Source: Lama guanicoe
Taxonomy: Eukaryota
Length of the DNA: 64,000 nucleotides
NCBI GenBank assembly: GCA_013239625.1
Contig: MU054187.1
Location: 18,592,711-18,656,710 of the forward strand
Reading direction: 5' to 3'
The notes beneath the pieces were generated by a model. The model did no database searches. It had not been told where the DNA came from and saw nothing but the letters and a program-made list of their open reading frames with translations. The translations under genes and the position numbers were made by a program. Positions 11,438 to 23,448 of the stretch are shown here, in pieces (within the stretch, counting starts at the first letter, position 1; the number at the start of each line of letters is the position of its first letter).

Positions 11438-11481
11438 AAGGAAACATCAGACAAACTACATTTTGTAAAAATATACTTTAC

Positions 11482-11523
11482 CTCATTGCAGGCATGCTAA
11501 TTGAATGTTGAATGGAGCGTATA
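11482..11523 (-). CDS. TPD52: TPD52 alternative 42-nt cassette exon (IRSIQHSISMPAMR insert)
   Basis: ttag|T ATA CGC TCC ATT CAA CAT TCA ATT AGC ATG CCT GCA ATG AG|gtaaag. Phase 2-2. Matches the known D52-family alternative insert. Confidence 0.94.
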
Positions 11524-11936
11524 CTAAGAGGCAGCATTAAAAAGAGATAGAAATGGAGTTAGTAAAGTGGAGATTAGACACTGTACAAAGCAAACAAAAC
11601 TTAGCTTCCTAGAAGCTTGTTCTTGTGACACCATGAAGAATTACCTACTTTTTGAGGTGGAGGGGACCAAAGGTATTCCAACATAATTTACTTTTTATTC
11701 ATGAGCCAATTTAATCCCAGCAGTTAATAGTGCTAAGAATTCAACTTTGCATTTTTATAGCACTTTGAAATTTGACAAGAGCTTTCACCTGTCTCTGTTA
11801 GGCGTCTAGCATCGAGGCTTAAAGGTTAAATAATTTACCCAAGGTCACAGCAGAATCATGAATGGAACTTGGGTCTTGGAGACTACTAAGCCAATGTTCA
11901 CCGCCTCCCCTCAAAAAATGAAGCACACACATTCAG

Positions 11937-11973
11937 GCGTGCGTGCACGCACACACACACACACACACACACG
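11937..11973. repeat. Alternating purine-pyrimidine tract containing (AC)11
   Basis: GCGTGCGTGCACGC(AC)11G. Confidence 0.9.
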
Positions 11974-14934
11974 AGGCCACGGAGGGGGTCCTGCAGCCGC
12001 CTTTTTCTCACATACTTGTTACCAGAATAGGAAGGTTTCAAAGTAAGTCAACTACTTGACAACTTCAAGTAACTTCAAAATCACGTATCACTCCTTAGGA
12101 GCAGCAGTATCAGTTTTCTAATAAGAGGTAACCTGTACTTCATTCCAATTAAACTAAACATTCTTTTGAAAGCCATAAAAATAACATTTGCCCCCGTTTT
12201 ACCAGGACTAGCTTTTTACTCACGGGCAAAACAGTTCCCTGTCCATTCCAGGTTCAAAGTTAACTACTCTCCAGCCATCTCCCATAGAGACCACCTCACA
12301 AGATCAAAGAGCCTCAATTCTCAGGCTCACAAAGTCACTGTATGCACTTTGCCAATGCTGTTAATATCCTTATAACATTCTGATCACTGACAGGCGTTTT
12401 GGGGGAAGCTGGACAGTCCAAGGTATCAATTCTCAATTATATTTAAATGTTGTTGTGTCTGTTCATGATTTAGTTTTCTCCAAGACGTGGTTGTTACAAG
12501 TAACTCTGTGTTTCAAATGTGGCTCCTCAAATCTAGATTTGCATTAGTATGTAAAAATATGGAGCATGATCCTGATATGAATCAAAAAGAAGCCGGCAGT
12601 TCAGACAGTCAAGATGATGAGTAAAATGTTCAGACAGCTTTGTACTTAATGTTGCACATAACACAGGAAAGACCCACTGTCGCTCAGCATCCTCTCCATC
12701 CTACAACAGCGGTAGATACCTTGGGTATAAGACTATATTCTGGGAGGAATGTGAGAATTTTTTTCCTGCTGTATCTACTGCAGTGTACTGGGACCATATG
12801 GGAAAGATGAGGATTAACGAAGATCATCTTTCCTAGTTTATACCAGAACCCCTAAGTTACCTGCCCTTTCTTGCAACCTTCTAAAGAAGCCACCTATGTA
12901 GCCACATTGCCAAAGCCACCTTCACCATCACCAACAGAATAACTGGATCATAGAGCTTCACCCACCACAGTTAACCCCTGGGCAATCTACAAATTGTTTA
13001 GACCGAATTAAAAAGAAAAAAAAGGTTTGAGACAATTATGATTCTTAACATGGGATTCTGTAATTAGAGGACACTATGACACTGGTCAGTTGATAGTAGG
13101 TACTTGAGCTAGAAAGTCATGTAGGCTTCGATGTTGAGGAAAACCATTTTGGGGACCAGGTAGAAGCTGCAAGAATGCAGAGGAAGTCAGTTCCCCAAGA
13201 AAGGACTGAACATAAGCACAGAGAAAGGCAGAGAAGTGAGGGAGCGATGACCATGCGGGGAAGAGGGCTCAGTGGGAGAGGAGTGGGTGTCTCGGTTTCT
13301 TTGGTTTCTAGAAGCTACCGTGATTTCTAACAGCTTTCCAAACGGCAAGGACCATCTGGGTGGGGCATGGGCTTACTTCCTTTCCTCTCGTTGGATTCCA
13401 AAAGAACTGCCTTTCTATACAACACATCCCCCTTTTCAGGTAAACTGAAACAAGAAGGCAGTGGGGAGCCATGTATGACTCATCAAGGGATCTGCTGTGG
13501 ATTCAGTAAGAGATGGATGGTGGTGGAGCATCAATGCAGGGCAACAGCAGGAGGGCAGGGGAAACTGACGAGTAGGTACACAGTCAGAAGACACTCAATA
13601 ATGTCGGAAATACACACAATTTTTTAAGTATTTCATTTTTACAGTACTACCATGAGGAAGGACTACCAATATGCTTCCAATAAAACCAAAGTAGAAATGA
13701 TAATTTGGGGCATTTAAGTTATTAAGTATGTAGCAGGTGCCAATGATATCTGTGATACGACTTAAAGAAGAATGTTCAAGATGATCACTTTGAGAATTCT
13801 AAGAAATAGCGCAGCATCTCTTATAAAGGACTTTAGATCCTTTATAGGATCATGAGAAAATCATGCTTGCTGGTGCTGAGTTTCAATTAGCAGCCAAAGA
13901 ATTTAAACATTTGAGTGCCAGGAAGAATATACCCACGAAACAGGTTTAAGTGGGAATGTATAAGAAAAAGCAAGGAAGTGGTTACAACAAGGTGCTTATT
14001 TTGTGATAAATCACTGAATTGGATTTCTGTATGTTTTACATTTCACAATAAGAAAAGATTAAAAATGCACCCACTGAACAGAGAATGAAATCAATTAAAT
14101 CACTACAAAGCCAAGGTCTCCCCACCTTGGAGGCACCATTACCAGGAAGAACCATGCCAAGCCTCCTCCCCCCCCCACCCCCGCACCAAGTTATCTGAAC
14201 TTCTCTACAGGTCACATTTAAACGAAATGTTCTTTTGTTGGTGGCTCGTCTGCAATCTAACAGTCGGGCTGCTGTCTGGCCATTTCTAGCTTCTCTGTGG
14301 AAGGTTACACAAAGCTTCAACTCGCATCTCCAATTTCACTGGTTTAAATATAATATGGAAAACTTTAAAAAGCAAAAAGCCATGTTGCTGCTGAGCCAGA
14401 ACTACCTCTAACAGATATATTGTGAGGGCTAGTAGAATCCATAAAGCAAATTTTGGTAAAACGTTTTCCAGCTTGATCTTAACCCTCAAACCTAGTAACC
14501 AATAATCAAAGTAGGAACGTAAGTTTGGGCTCCTCAGAACACTGGGGGAAAAAATTAAAGCGGGCAACCTGATTCTCACTCAGACTCACTAAGTACTTCA
14601 CAATCTAACATTACTCTTACCTTGGAGAGGTATTATTTTTTAAAGCTGAAATGATTTTTAAATTTTTCCTTGTTTCTTACCTGTTTATTTGATCCTTTCA
14701 TCCCTAATAATAATAAAGGGGGAGGAGGGGAGGGAAGCAGTGGACAGAGAAAGGAGAGGTCGTGGTGAACGTGGCTGGCCGCTCACTGTGTGCCCGGCCT
14801 GCCTGTGAGAGCCATCCAGGTACTGTCATTCCATTTTGCCCTCAAATTAATCTCCTAATTGTAGGTGATGAACCAAAGTGCCTGGAGGGCCATAGTCTTA
14901 ACTGATCATGGGGAGTCAGAACAATGCAGGGGGG

Positions 14935-15085
14935 AGTGCAGGCCCCTGAACCCGGGTGTGCTGGGTTCAAATCCTGGCCTTCAGCCGCGTGGCTGTGTGA
15001 CCTGGGGCAAGCCCCTTTCTCTCTCTGTGGCTCAGTTTTCCTCATCTGTAAAATCAGAAAAATAATAGCACCTACTATATATGGT
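14935..15085 (+). mobile_element. MIR SINE
   Basis: GGGTTCAAATCCTGGC..TGTGACCTGGGGCAAG..CTCAGTTTTCCTCATCTGTAAAAT. Confidence 0.85.
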
Positions 15086-18000
15086 CATGCCTGGAACATA
15101 ACTGTCCACCATTATTATTATTATTACAGATGACTCTAACTGAAACACACATTAATATTTATTTCACATTATTTTCTTTAGAGCTTTCAAATTTTACCCA
15201 GCTAATGCTTTGATTGGTAATTTGAACCCTCCAGTCTAGAACAGCTCCTGGCACAAAGCTGTCATTCAGTAAACACTTCTGAATAAAAGAATGAATGAAT
15301 AAATAATTACAGTAACAAAAATTAGGAAATATGGGCATGACAGAAAAGTTCATGAAAGCTTTTCAAATTTGAATCCAAAGGTACTCTATGTTAACAAGAG
15401 AAATGAGATCATTTCTTTTCCTATTAAGCGGCAGAAATTTTCAGCAAAATGGAATTGTCTGGAGTGACTTTAATAAGCCCAAAACAAACACACAGAAAAT
15501 CTAGAGGTTTACAAGAGGCAACACACACTTTTATAAAAAGCAGAAATTGCCTTTGAAGAGAAAGGCAATGTTAATTAGCATTTCCTCTTAAATGTATCAG
15601 AAATATTTGACTAACGAGGCTACTGAATTATGAGCACATGCTATTAACGCTAACATTGATGTTTATTTAACACTGACACCAAGAGACAGGGGAAGGCTCT
15701 TTTAAAGTTTCTCTCAAAAAAAATAAAGGCATGAGTCAATGTTTAACCATGACGATGTGTAAAGAACAAGCAAACGGGAGAGGAGTGAATGGGAACACAC
15801 TACGGGGAGAAAAGTGGTCTGTCCCCAGAGGGCCCCTCAGGAGGGCGCGCATCACCCGGTCCTAGGGCTGGTCCTCGACCTCCTGGCAGCAGCAGACACC
15901 TAACTGTCAGGGCGTCAAAAACAGATCTCTCTCTCTCCTCTCCTCCTCCTCCTCCTCCTCCCTCACCCACCCAAGGAAAACGACAAATGTCTGCATCCCG
16001 ACTGCTAATTTATTAACTGATAATGCAGTACAATAAAAACTGTCGCTGACTCTAACAATTGAAGTCAGCAGAAAGTCCACGATTCCATCAGACAGTGAAA
16101 TCAGCCCACAGGTCTGCCGGGTTCGCCTGGACTCAGGACACAGGGGAGTTAAGATTACCCAACTGTTTCAAGCCCTGGAAGAAAGGGGCCCCTGTGTCCA
16201 CCTCCTGGGAGGAAAGGAAACACTCAGATCTGCTGCCCCAGCTCCTCTCCCCCAGCAGCGCTTGGGGGCCTGCGGCCAGTATCTGCCTCTGCGACTGACT
16301 CATCTAAAAGATGCGGGTTTTCTTCATGTATGTGTTCTACTACATATGTTCTGTTACGTATTCTATGCTTCTATTATGTGTTTTCATATATTTTCTATTA
16401 TATATGAACACATTAAATCAGATTATAGTTAGGACACCTTGGCCTAGAAATGATTTTTTTAAGTGACTTTACCCAACATTGAATCTGCGAGAAAAAATTC
16501 CAAAATTTAGCTTTCAAAAGATAATCTTTTCAACTGTTTTTTAAAATGTATTTTATTTAACTTATTTTTTTAATTGAAGTACAGTCGATTACAATGTGGT
16601 AACCTTCTGTCTCCCATTTCCACGTTATCACGTAAAGCCTTACTTTAACCTGCATGTATTGATGCACAATATACTATTCACTCAAAGCTGGACTGAAAAT
16701 GGTAGTGTACAATCTCAATTATGCATATTTTTAAATACAATGAAGAAAGTGACTATGTAAGGAGCTGAAAAAGAGCAGCTCAATTTGTGTCTGGTGAATT
16801 ACGAAGAGCACATTCTGGGCCATACTTACGCACCACCTTTGCTTAATGTTTTTAAAGGCATAAAGAAAGAACAGTTATACATACTAATGAAGCACATTCC
16901 TCAACAGCACTGACACGTTTTTACATTTCTGTTTCTATTACGTCTAACGTTGTATCATCGGGTATTAACAGGGATATTCCATTCTTAGCTCGCCCCCAGA
17001 CCCCACTTCCTTCCTGCACTCCATCCACTCAAAGATTTTAAGCTCTTTCTGAACGAGAATCCTGGTCTAGGTTATACCCTTTGGACCTGTCCAGAGTGGG
17101 CACTTCAATGCTAGCGGGATGGATTATGTGAGCAAATACGTCCTCACACAACTCAACTAACTTCAGATAAAACCACCTTAACAGTTACCTAAAGCACTTA
17201 AGCCATTTTAAATTGAACACCAAAGATACGGAATCAATCCCGTCACGATTTCTTGAGCTTTTTTAGCACAACTTTAACTTTAAAGAGTTCAACACTTAGA
17301 GTTTGCTCACCTCAATGATTTTCTCTGCCTTCCAGGGCCAAGTGTCACTAAGAAAGGGCCTCAGCTGTGAGTACCTGTTTGATTACTTAAGAAGGCAAAG
17401 AACCAGGCTATATAGCAAGTGACCGCTCGAGAAGACCATTTGCATTAATAGGAACATAGATGGAGACAACTGTATTGCCCTCCTGCTTACACTCTAAAGT
17501 CCTTTCCCCTCCTTTAGTTTTCCCTGACTACTAACTGGATAATCAGAGTCTGTAATGGGAGAGAGAGGAGAGGTTTGCACGATATCACAAAGATTCCTTC
17601 TTACAAGGCATGCTTCAGGCTGACATCTTTTTAATGTGCTTTCCTTTTCAGCCTAATATACTATATCTTTCCTTTTGCAACCATGCAATTTCTTTGTGTG
17701 CATAAAGAATGCAACTAGTGTAAAAAGTAATAAAATAATAAACACTATAAGCTAATAAGATAAGCACTAAAAAGTGCAAAGTAATGGCATATTTTATCTC
17801 AGACATACTTTCCCACAATTTAAAAAATATTTTTCAGAGTAACCTGTACAAGACGGAGGACTAATACTGTGAGACAGTCCATATGCTGCCTATTACAAAC
17901 TGCATAATGGAACCCAGGTGAAGGAGAATTCCAACATCTTTACAAAGGCACCAAAGAAATTAAAGCATCAGAAACAAACAAACAAAGTCAGACATTAAAA

Positions 18001-18312
18001 GGGAGGAATTCTGCATGCCATGGTAAAGCTGCTTCTTTTTACCAAAAAGAAAAAAGTAAAAAGAAATGTCAAAATTGTTTCCATGTCCCTTGAACCACAG
18101 CATCAAATTATGCTTCTTTTAATTTCTCCATTACTCATGGTATACAAGAAACTCTCCCTTGAAAACAGGAATGCACCAGAGAAAAGGTATTCCAAAACGC
18201 AAGGAAATTATGTACTGGACAAACACGACCATCCAAGGTGGCATAACAATCTAATAAGCACACTTGTCTTAGACCACCGCCTGGCTGCAGCGATGGTTCA
18301 AACTCTCCTTAC

Positions 18313-18339
18313 CTAAAGGAATGTGAAAAGGCTTGCAAT
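18313..18339 (-). CDS. TPD52: TPD52 alternative 27-nt microexon (LQAFSHSFS insert)
   Basis: ttgcag|A TTG CAA GCC TTT TCA CAT TCC TTT AG|gtaagg. Phase 2-2. Matches the known TPD52 insert. Confidence 0.93.
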   Translation of the reverse strand: MASLFTFL

Positions 18340-18716
18340 CTGCAAGAAGCCAGAGTAAGCATTAAAAAAGAAAGGAAGTTCCAGTAAATCTAAAACAATT
18401 AAATAACCTACATTTAAAAAGTCACATAAGGTTTTAACTAAAATCTAAAGGGGTATACAATCAAGTCAGCAGAGAAAGAAAAGAGAGCCCCTAAGGAAAG
18501 TTACATAACTGTCAAAAGGGTTTAAGAAAGCTATGTTTATCACATTATGTTTAAAATGATCATAGTCCAAATACAATGAGCAAGTCATTTAGTTTTTTTT
18601 GGTACACAGTAGCGTACATCAGTTAACCAAACTTATTTAACCAACGAAATTCTGGTTGTAAAATCTACTTTCCCCACAAACAAAAACCACAAAGGCATGC
18701 AATCTGAAAGGTTTAA

Positions 18717-18722
<6 letters not shown>

Positions 18723-18768
<46 letters not shown>
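18723..18768. repeat. (CA)23 microsatellite
   Basis: Read directly from the sequence. Confidence 0.97.
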
Positions 18769-18770
<2 letters not shown>

Positions 18771-19416
18771 TCTTGCATGCCAACAGAAGCACAGCCAACT
18801 TAATCCACGTTTGTCATTTTCAGCGCTGTTTTAATCCACGTGGCGGGTGGCACAGGGCACGGGTAAACACAAAAGCACCGTGAAGTGGTTTTATCAAAAT
18901 GGCCAGGAAAAGCCTGCAGACTCATCTAAATGTAAATGCAAAATAAAAAGCAACAGCTCAAAACAAGACTGAGGCCTCAGCATGAAGAGATGGAACAAGT
19001 CAGTTCACAAATGAGCATATTGTAACCACACCGTGGCATAAAGATGTACCATCCAGCAGCGAAGGCGGGACTCGGTCCAAGCGTGCGCTTCAGGGCTCCT
19101 GGACTCGGCCCCATCAACACAGGCTCGGCTCACAACCACAAGTTTGCAACCACGAAAGACATACTTACCCTGCATGATGCAGAAGGGCTAAAAGGACAAA
19201 AGTTCACAACCAGAATTTTTCAACAACCTTAAATGTACTCATAAGATGATTGTTTGGAAGGCTATGCCTGTAAGAATTTAGGGAAGCATTTCAGGTCCTG
19301 GCTTGAAGGAGTGCCCTCTCGCACTCCAAAGGAAGGGAACCCGTCAGGAAACTCAACCACGATAAACTGCTTTCATTTGCCTCAGTTTACTTAAGCAAGG
19401 AAAAATGAGGACGTAC

Positions 19417-19518
19417 TTCACGTCTTCCAGCTTTTTGGTGATGACTGACCCAACCGATGAGAAAGCAGCTGAAGCCTTCTGTCCAGCCTGAGATAAGGTT
19501 TCAGATGTCTTCTTGTAT
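19417..19518 (-). CDS. TPD52: TPD52 core exon (102 nt)
   Basis: YKKTSETLSQAGQKASAAFSSVGSVITKKLEDV(K). AG/GT boundaries, phase 2-2. Confidence 0.97.
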
Positions 19519-20800
19519 CTATATTAAATTATAAAAGAACAAAGAAAAGTAAGCTACGCTTTCGAGTACCAATTAGTCAGAGTTCAGTGATTACCACCTC
19601 TTGGTGAACTCTTCAAAAACAAAAAAAGTTTCTTTTAGAACATCCAAAATTCTTCACAACCACCAGGTCAGTATCATCACATCATCTTCTTAAGCATCAC
19701 TTCAGACACCGTCTTCTGCAGGGCCCTAGGACAGCCAGAAAGACAGAGGCCCCCAAAGGCAGCGCCAAAGAAATCAGGGTAGGGGCTAGAAATAGTCACG
19801 GAGCAAAGACCAACAGGAGTCAGAATTGAATGAAACCACACCTCTTATGTCTTTCCTTTTCCACTTAAGCCAAACAAATTTGAACAAAATGAAATCAAAT
19901 TTCTTATGTGCCTTTCACAACTTTATCTCCTACAAAAGGGCCAGAAGCAAGGTAGGGCCCATGGGTACTTTTTATTATCCAAGTCAGTTTGGGGTGCATA
20001 AAGACTTTTTTTCAGTTTTGCTTATCTGTAGAGCTATCAAATAAGGGCTGATGGATTCCCGACAGAATAGGAGAATGACTCGAGTGGGATATTTTCTAGA
20101 GCACAAAGGTATGATTTATCACCTCCCTCTTCCCATCTCTCAGGGATTTGCGGAAAGAAAAACAAAAACAAAGAATACGGTTAATATCCCCACACTATGG
20201 AAAGGAATGCTCAGGCATTTTTACTTACTCACTCAAGATCGATACGAAAAAAAAAAACACAGCTTATGATGATACAAAGATTAGCGTTCTGCTTGTTTTC
20301 CCGCTGCCTACTTCTATGGTCAGAAAATGGACAGAAGGGGGTGGGCACCCAGTGCGGGCAGGTCGGGGTGCTGTCGGCCTGGCAGGGCTGGTCACCGGCT
20401 CAGCAGGTGGGACTGACCGGAGAACACAGTTGGGAGCCTGTTACTAGAAGCCTGCTCCTCCTTGTGCCCAGAAACAAAACTGCATCATGATAATGCCTTA
20501 TCCACACCTGTGATCAAAAGGGCCAGAAGATTAAGGGGTGGGCCTCTGACACCAGCACATATCAGTGACAGCGACCTGAGAGTCTTATGCTACGTACAAA
20601 GTGGGGCCAAAAGAAGACTGTCTCTGTACTAGGTCAGACCTGAGTTCAAATGCCGCCTCCACATTTTGAGAGGGGTGTGACCTCAAAACTTGTCTGCCCT
20701 GTTTCACCCCCTGCTCTATTGGCTTATTCTGAGGACTCAGGGACTCATGCATATTTCTGGCAAGTCAATATATAACATGTTTGGAACTTAAATTATCTTT

Positions 20801-20895
20801 CTTTTCTTTTTTTTTTTATGGAGGTACTGAGGATTGAACCCAGGACCTCGTGCGTGCTCAGCACAGGTCTCCCACTGAGCTACACCTTCACCCCC
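20801..20895 (-). mobile_element. tRNA-derived camelid SINE (Vic-1-like)
   Basis: Reverse complement of the same SINE with a poly(T) tail. Confidence 0.88.
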
Positions 20896-21131
20896 AAATT
20901 TTATTTCTTTAACTCACATATAAGGCTGGCTTGCTTTCTATTTCCTGAAACAGTTTGAAAGGCTGAAGTCAGAGAAGAGAATCAGATACACTTGAGAACT
21001 GGGGAAAAGTGCCCTGCGCAGCACAAAGAAAAGCGGCAGAAACATTCTCATTCCCCACTTCCCCGCCCCAGACCAAGAGAGCACAGTGTCCTTTACATTC
21101 TCAAGAAAAATGTAGGATCAAGGGAACATAC

Positions 21132-21280
21132 GCAGATGTGGCTGTCACATCCTGCCACCCTTTGGCAATGTTCTGTTTTAGTTCCTGCAGAGAATTGATT
21201 CCAAGTTTCCGCTTGATCTCTGCTAGATGCTTCTCTTTGGCTGCCAACACTTGAGACAGAGTCTGGATTTCCTCTTCCAC
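21132..21280 (-). CDS. TPD52: TPD52 core exon (149 nt, coiled-coil region)
   Basis: VEEEIQTLSQVLAAKEKHLAEIKRKLGINSLQELKQNIAKGWQDVTATS(A). Acceptor ttacag, donor gtatgt. Confidence 0.97.
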
Positions 21281-22309
21281 CTGTAAGGAAGGGGGTTGGG
21301 GTAGGAATACAGCAAGAGTCGTTCAGAAAGTTAAGGCAGTTAGTGCAAAACTATACTCAAAATTCCAGTCATTTGAAAACATTTTTGATTCATTTATCTG
21401 CCTCTTTAAAATCAACATGTACCATGGCATTAAGTGAACTGGTTACATGTTGATCTCTCCCAGGGAGCTGCTTTTTTCTCTCCTTCCTATTTCCATCTTG
21501 AGTCGTCCTCAGCCTGCTCCCCTCTCCCTACACTTCCTTACTCAGTTATCTGATAGAGGCTTAAAAACCTCTACACAGATAATATTCGAATTACTCTAAC
21601 ATCCACTCTTTCTGACCTCTGGGATCGTGTTTCCAGCTGAATATTTCTGCTTGAATGCCCATAAAAACTCGTATGCGTGTATTATGCCAAACTAATCTCC
21701 ATCCCGCAACAAAACACACACAACCAAGCCAAATCAAAAGCCAGCCTTCTTGCATATTTCATATGAGTTTATACTCCAGTACAAACCAGAGTTTATACTG
21801 TCAGCCTCAGTGTCTGCCAAAGTCACAGGCGCAGAGAAAAAGTGTCTCCCCTAGAGAGTTCTGCAGAAGTCCTGTGTGGACCCCTTGGTGCTGACTACCC
21901 GGCCTCTGCCTGGTGGTTGGAAACAGGTCCCTGACCCAAGGGCAGCCAACTCATCAAGTGGCCACCAACCAGTGATGCGCCTGGTGTGAAAAGAGATGCT
22001 CAACTAATCAGTCTTTCTCGTTCAGGAATCTGAGAAACTGAGATCACATTGGGAGGAGAAGCTGGAAGGACTTGGATGAAGAAGCCCTGAAGGACAGGTA
22101 GGGCACAGTGAGATTATGAGGTGTTAGGGAAGCTTAAACATACCTGAGGAGGCCAAAACTATAAACAGAAGATATTGGGGGAAAAAAGACTTACAGACTA
22201 GAGGAAGAGCCAAGAAAACAGAGGGAAAGGGCAGATTCACGGAGAGAAATAGATACCATGTGGAAGAGACTCCTGCATCCAAAAGCTGAAAACCTGGGTC
22301 CCTACAGTA

Positions 22310-22635
22310 CAGTTGGCCCTCCTTATCCACGGGTTCCACATCCACAGATGCAACCAACTGCAGATTGAAAATATTCGGAAAAAACAAGTTCCAGAAAGTT
22401 CCAAAAAGTAAAACTTGAATTTACCATGTGCAGGCAACTATTTACATAGCATTTACATAGGATTTACATTGCATTAGATATTATAAGTAATCTAGAGATG
22501 ATTTAAAGCATATGGAAGGATGTGCGTAGGTTATATGCAAATACTATGCCATTTATATAAGGGACTTGAGCATCTGTGGATTTTGGTATCCACAGGGGTC
22601 CTGAAACCAATCCCCTGCAGATATGGAGGCAGAAC
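22310..22635. mobile_element. Tigger3a-like TcMar DNA transposon
   Basis: TA|CAGTTGGCCCTCCTTATCCACGGGTTCCACATCC at the left end and GAAACCAATCCCCTGCAGATATGGAGG at the right end. Confidence 0.8.
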
Positions 22636-23448
22636 CTTAGAAGGCTGCTTCTCTTGGCTTATAGCAAAGTCATTTTCTCAGCTTGACCTGCACAACAGTT
22701 CTATAATTTCAAAGACAACATGGCCTTTAGAAACAACATAGAGTATTGTTAGACAAACTGGTAGCACTCAACAAAAGGAAAGGAGGATAAATCAGATGTG
22801 ATGTGGCCACAGCTGCCAAAAAAAAGAGTAACATACTCTAAGATAGCATTAATCAGAATCCAGGCCCAGAACAAAAATAATCCTCTTGCTTGTGAGACAG
22901 GACCTCACATATTATACCCGTTTTGGAAGTCACACTTTGAGAAGAAAGTGGGATATGAGAAGAAAAAGGGAACAATGAATACATAAATGAATGAATGAGT
23001 CAGTGAATGAGTAAGATTCAAAATCAAGTTTGATGACTTGCCCAAAATCAAGTTTGATGACTTAGGGCAAGTCATCAAACTAATACTGTAACGACCAGAA
23101 TTTCAACCCAGGTTTTCTGACTCCACTTCTCAGTTTACTGGCTAATTCTCATTGACATTGTTAGCTTTCTAATACTTCTCTTTACCTGAACTCCAAATCT
23201 TCAGATACTTCAAAGAGTAGGCATAAAAGCTAAGTTTTCTACCTCTTGACACATCTCTGAAGTACTCTCTTCCCCTAATGAAAGTTGGGAAGAAAGACAA
23301 CCATCTTTCTGAACAACACGTAACCCAATATATTCCCTGCTCTTGTTGTTGGGTTATGCTGCTAACATACCTAGCTCAGCACACCACAACAATCCCTTAA
23401 TTCAACATTTATACGCATATATGAATCTCTGACGTAAATCAAGAATGG

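Noticed and set aside
13822..13846. 9-bp inverted repeat TATAAAGGA/TCCTTTATA
   Set aside because: Short, AT-rich and without supporting context; compatible with chance or a small local template switch.
14615..14685. Two strong minus-strand donor-like motifs (AG|GTAAGA)
   Set aside because: The nearby upstream acceptors are A-rich and weak, so there is no convincing exon.
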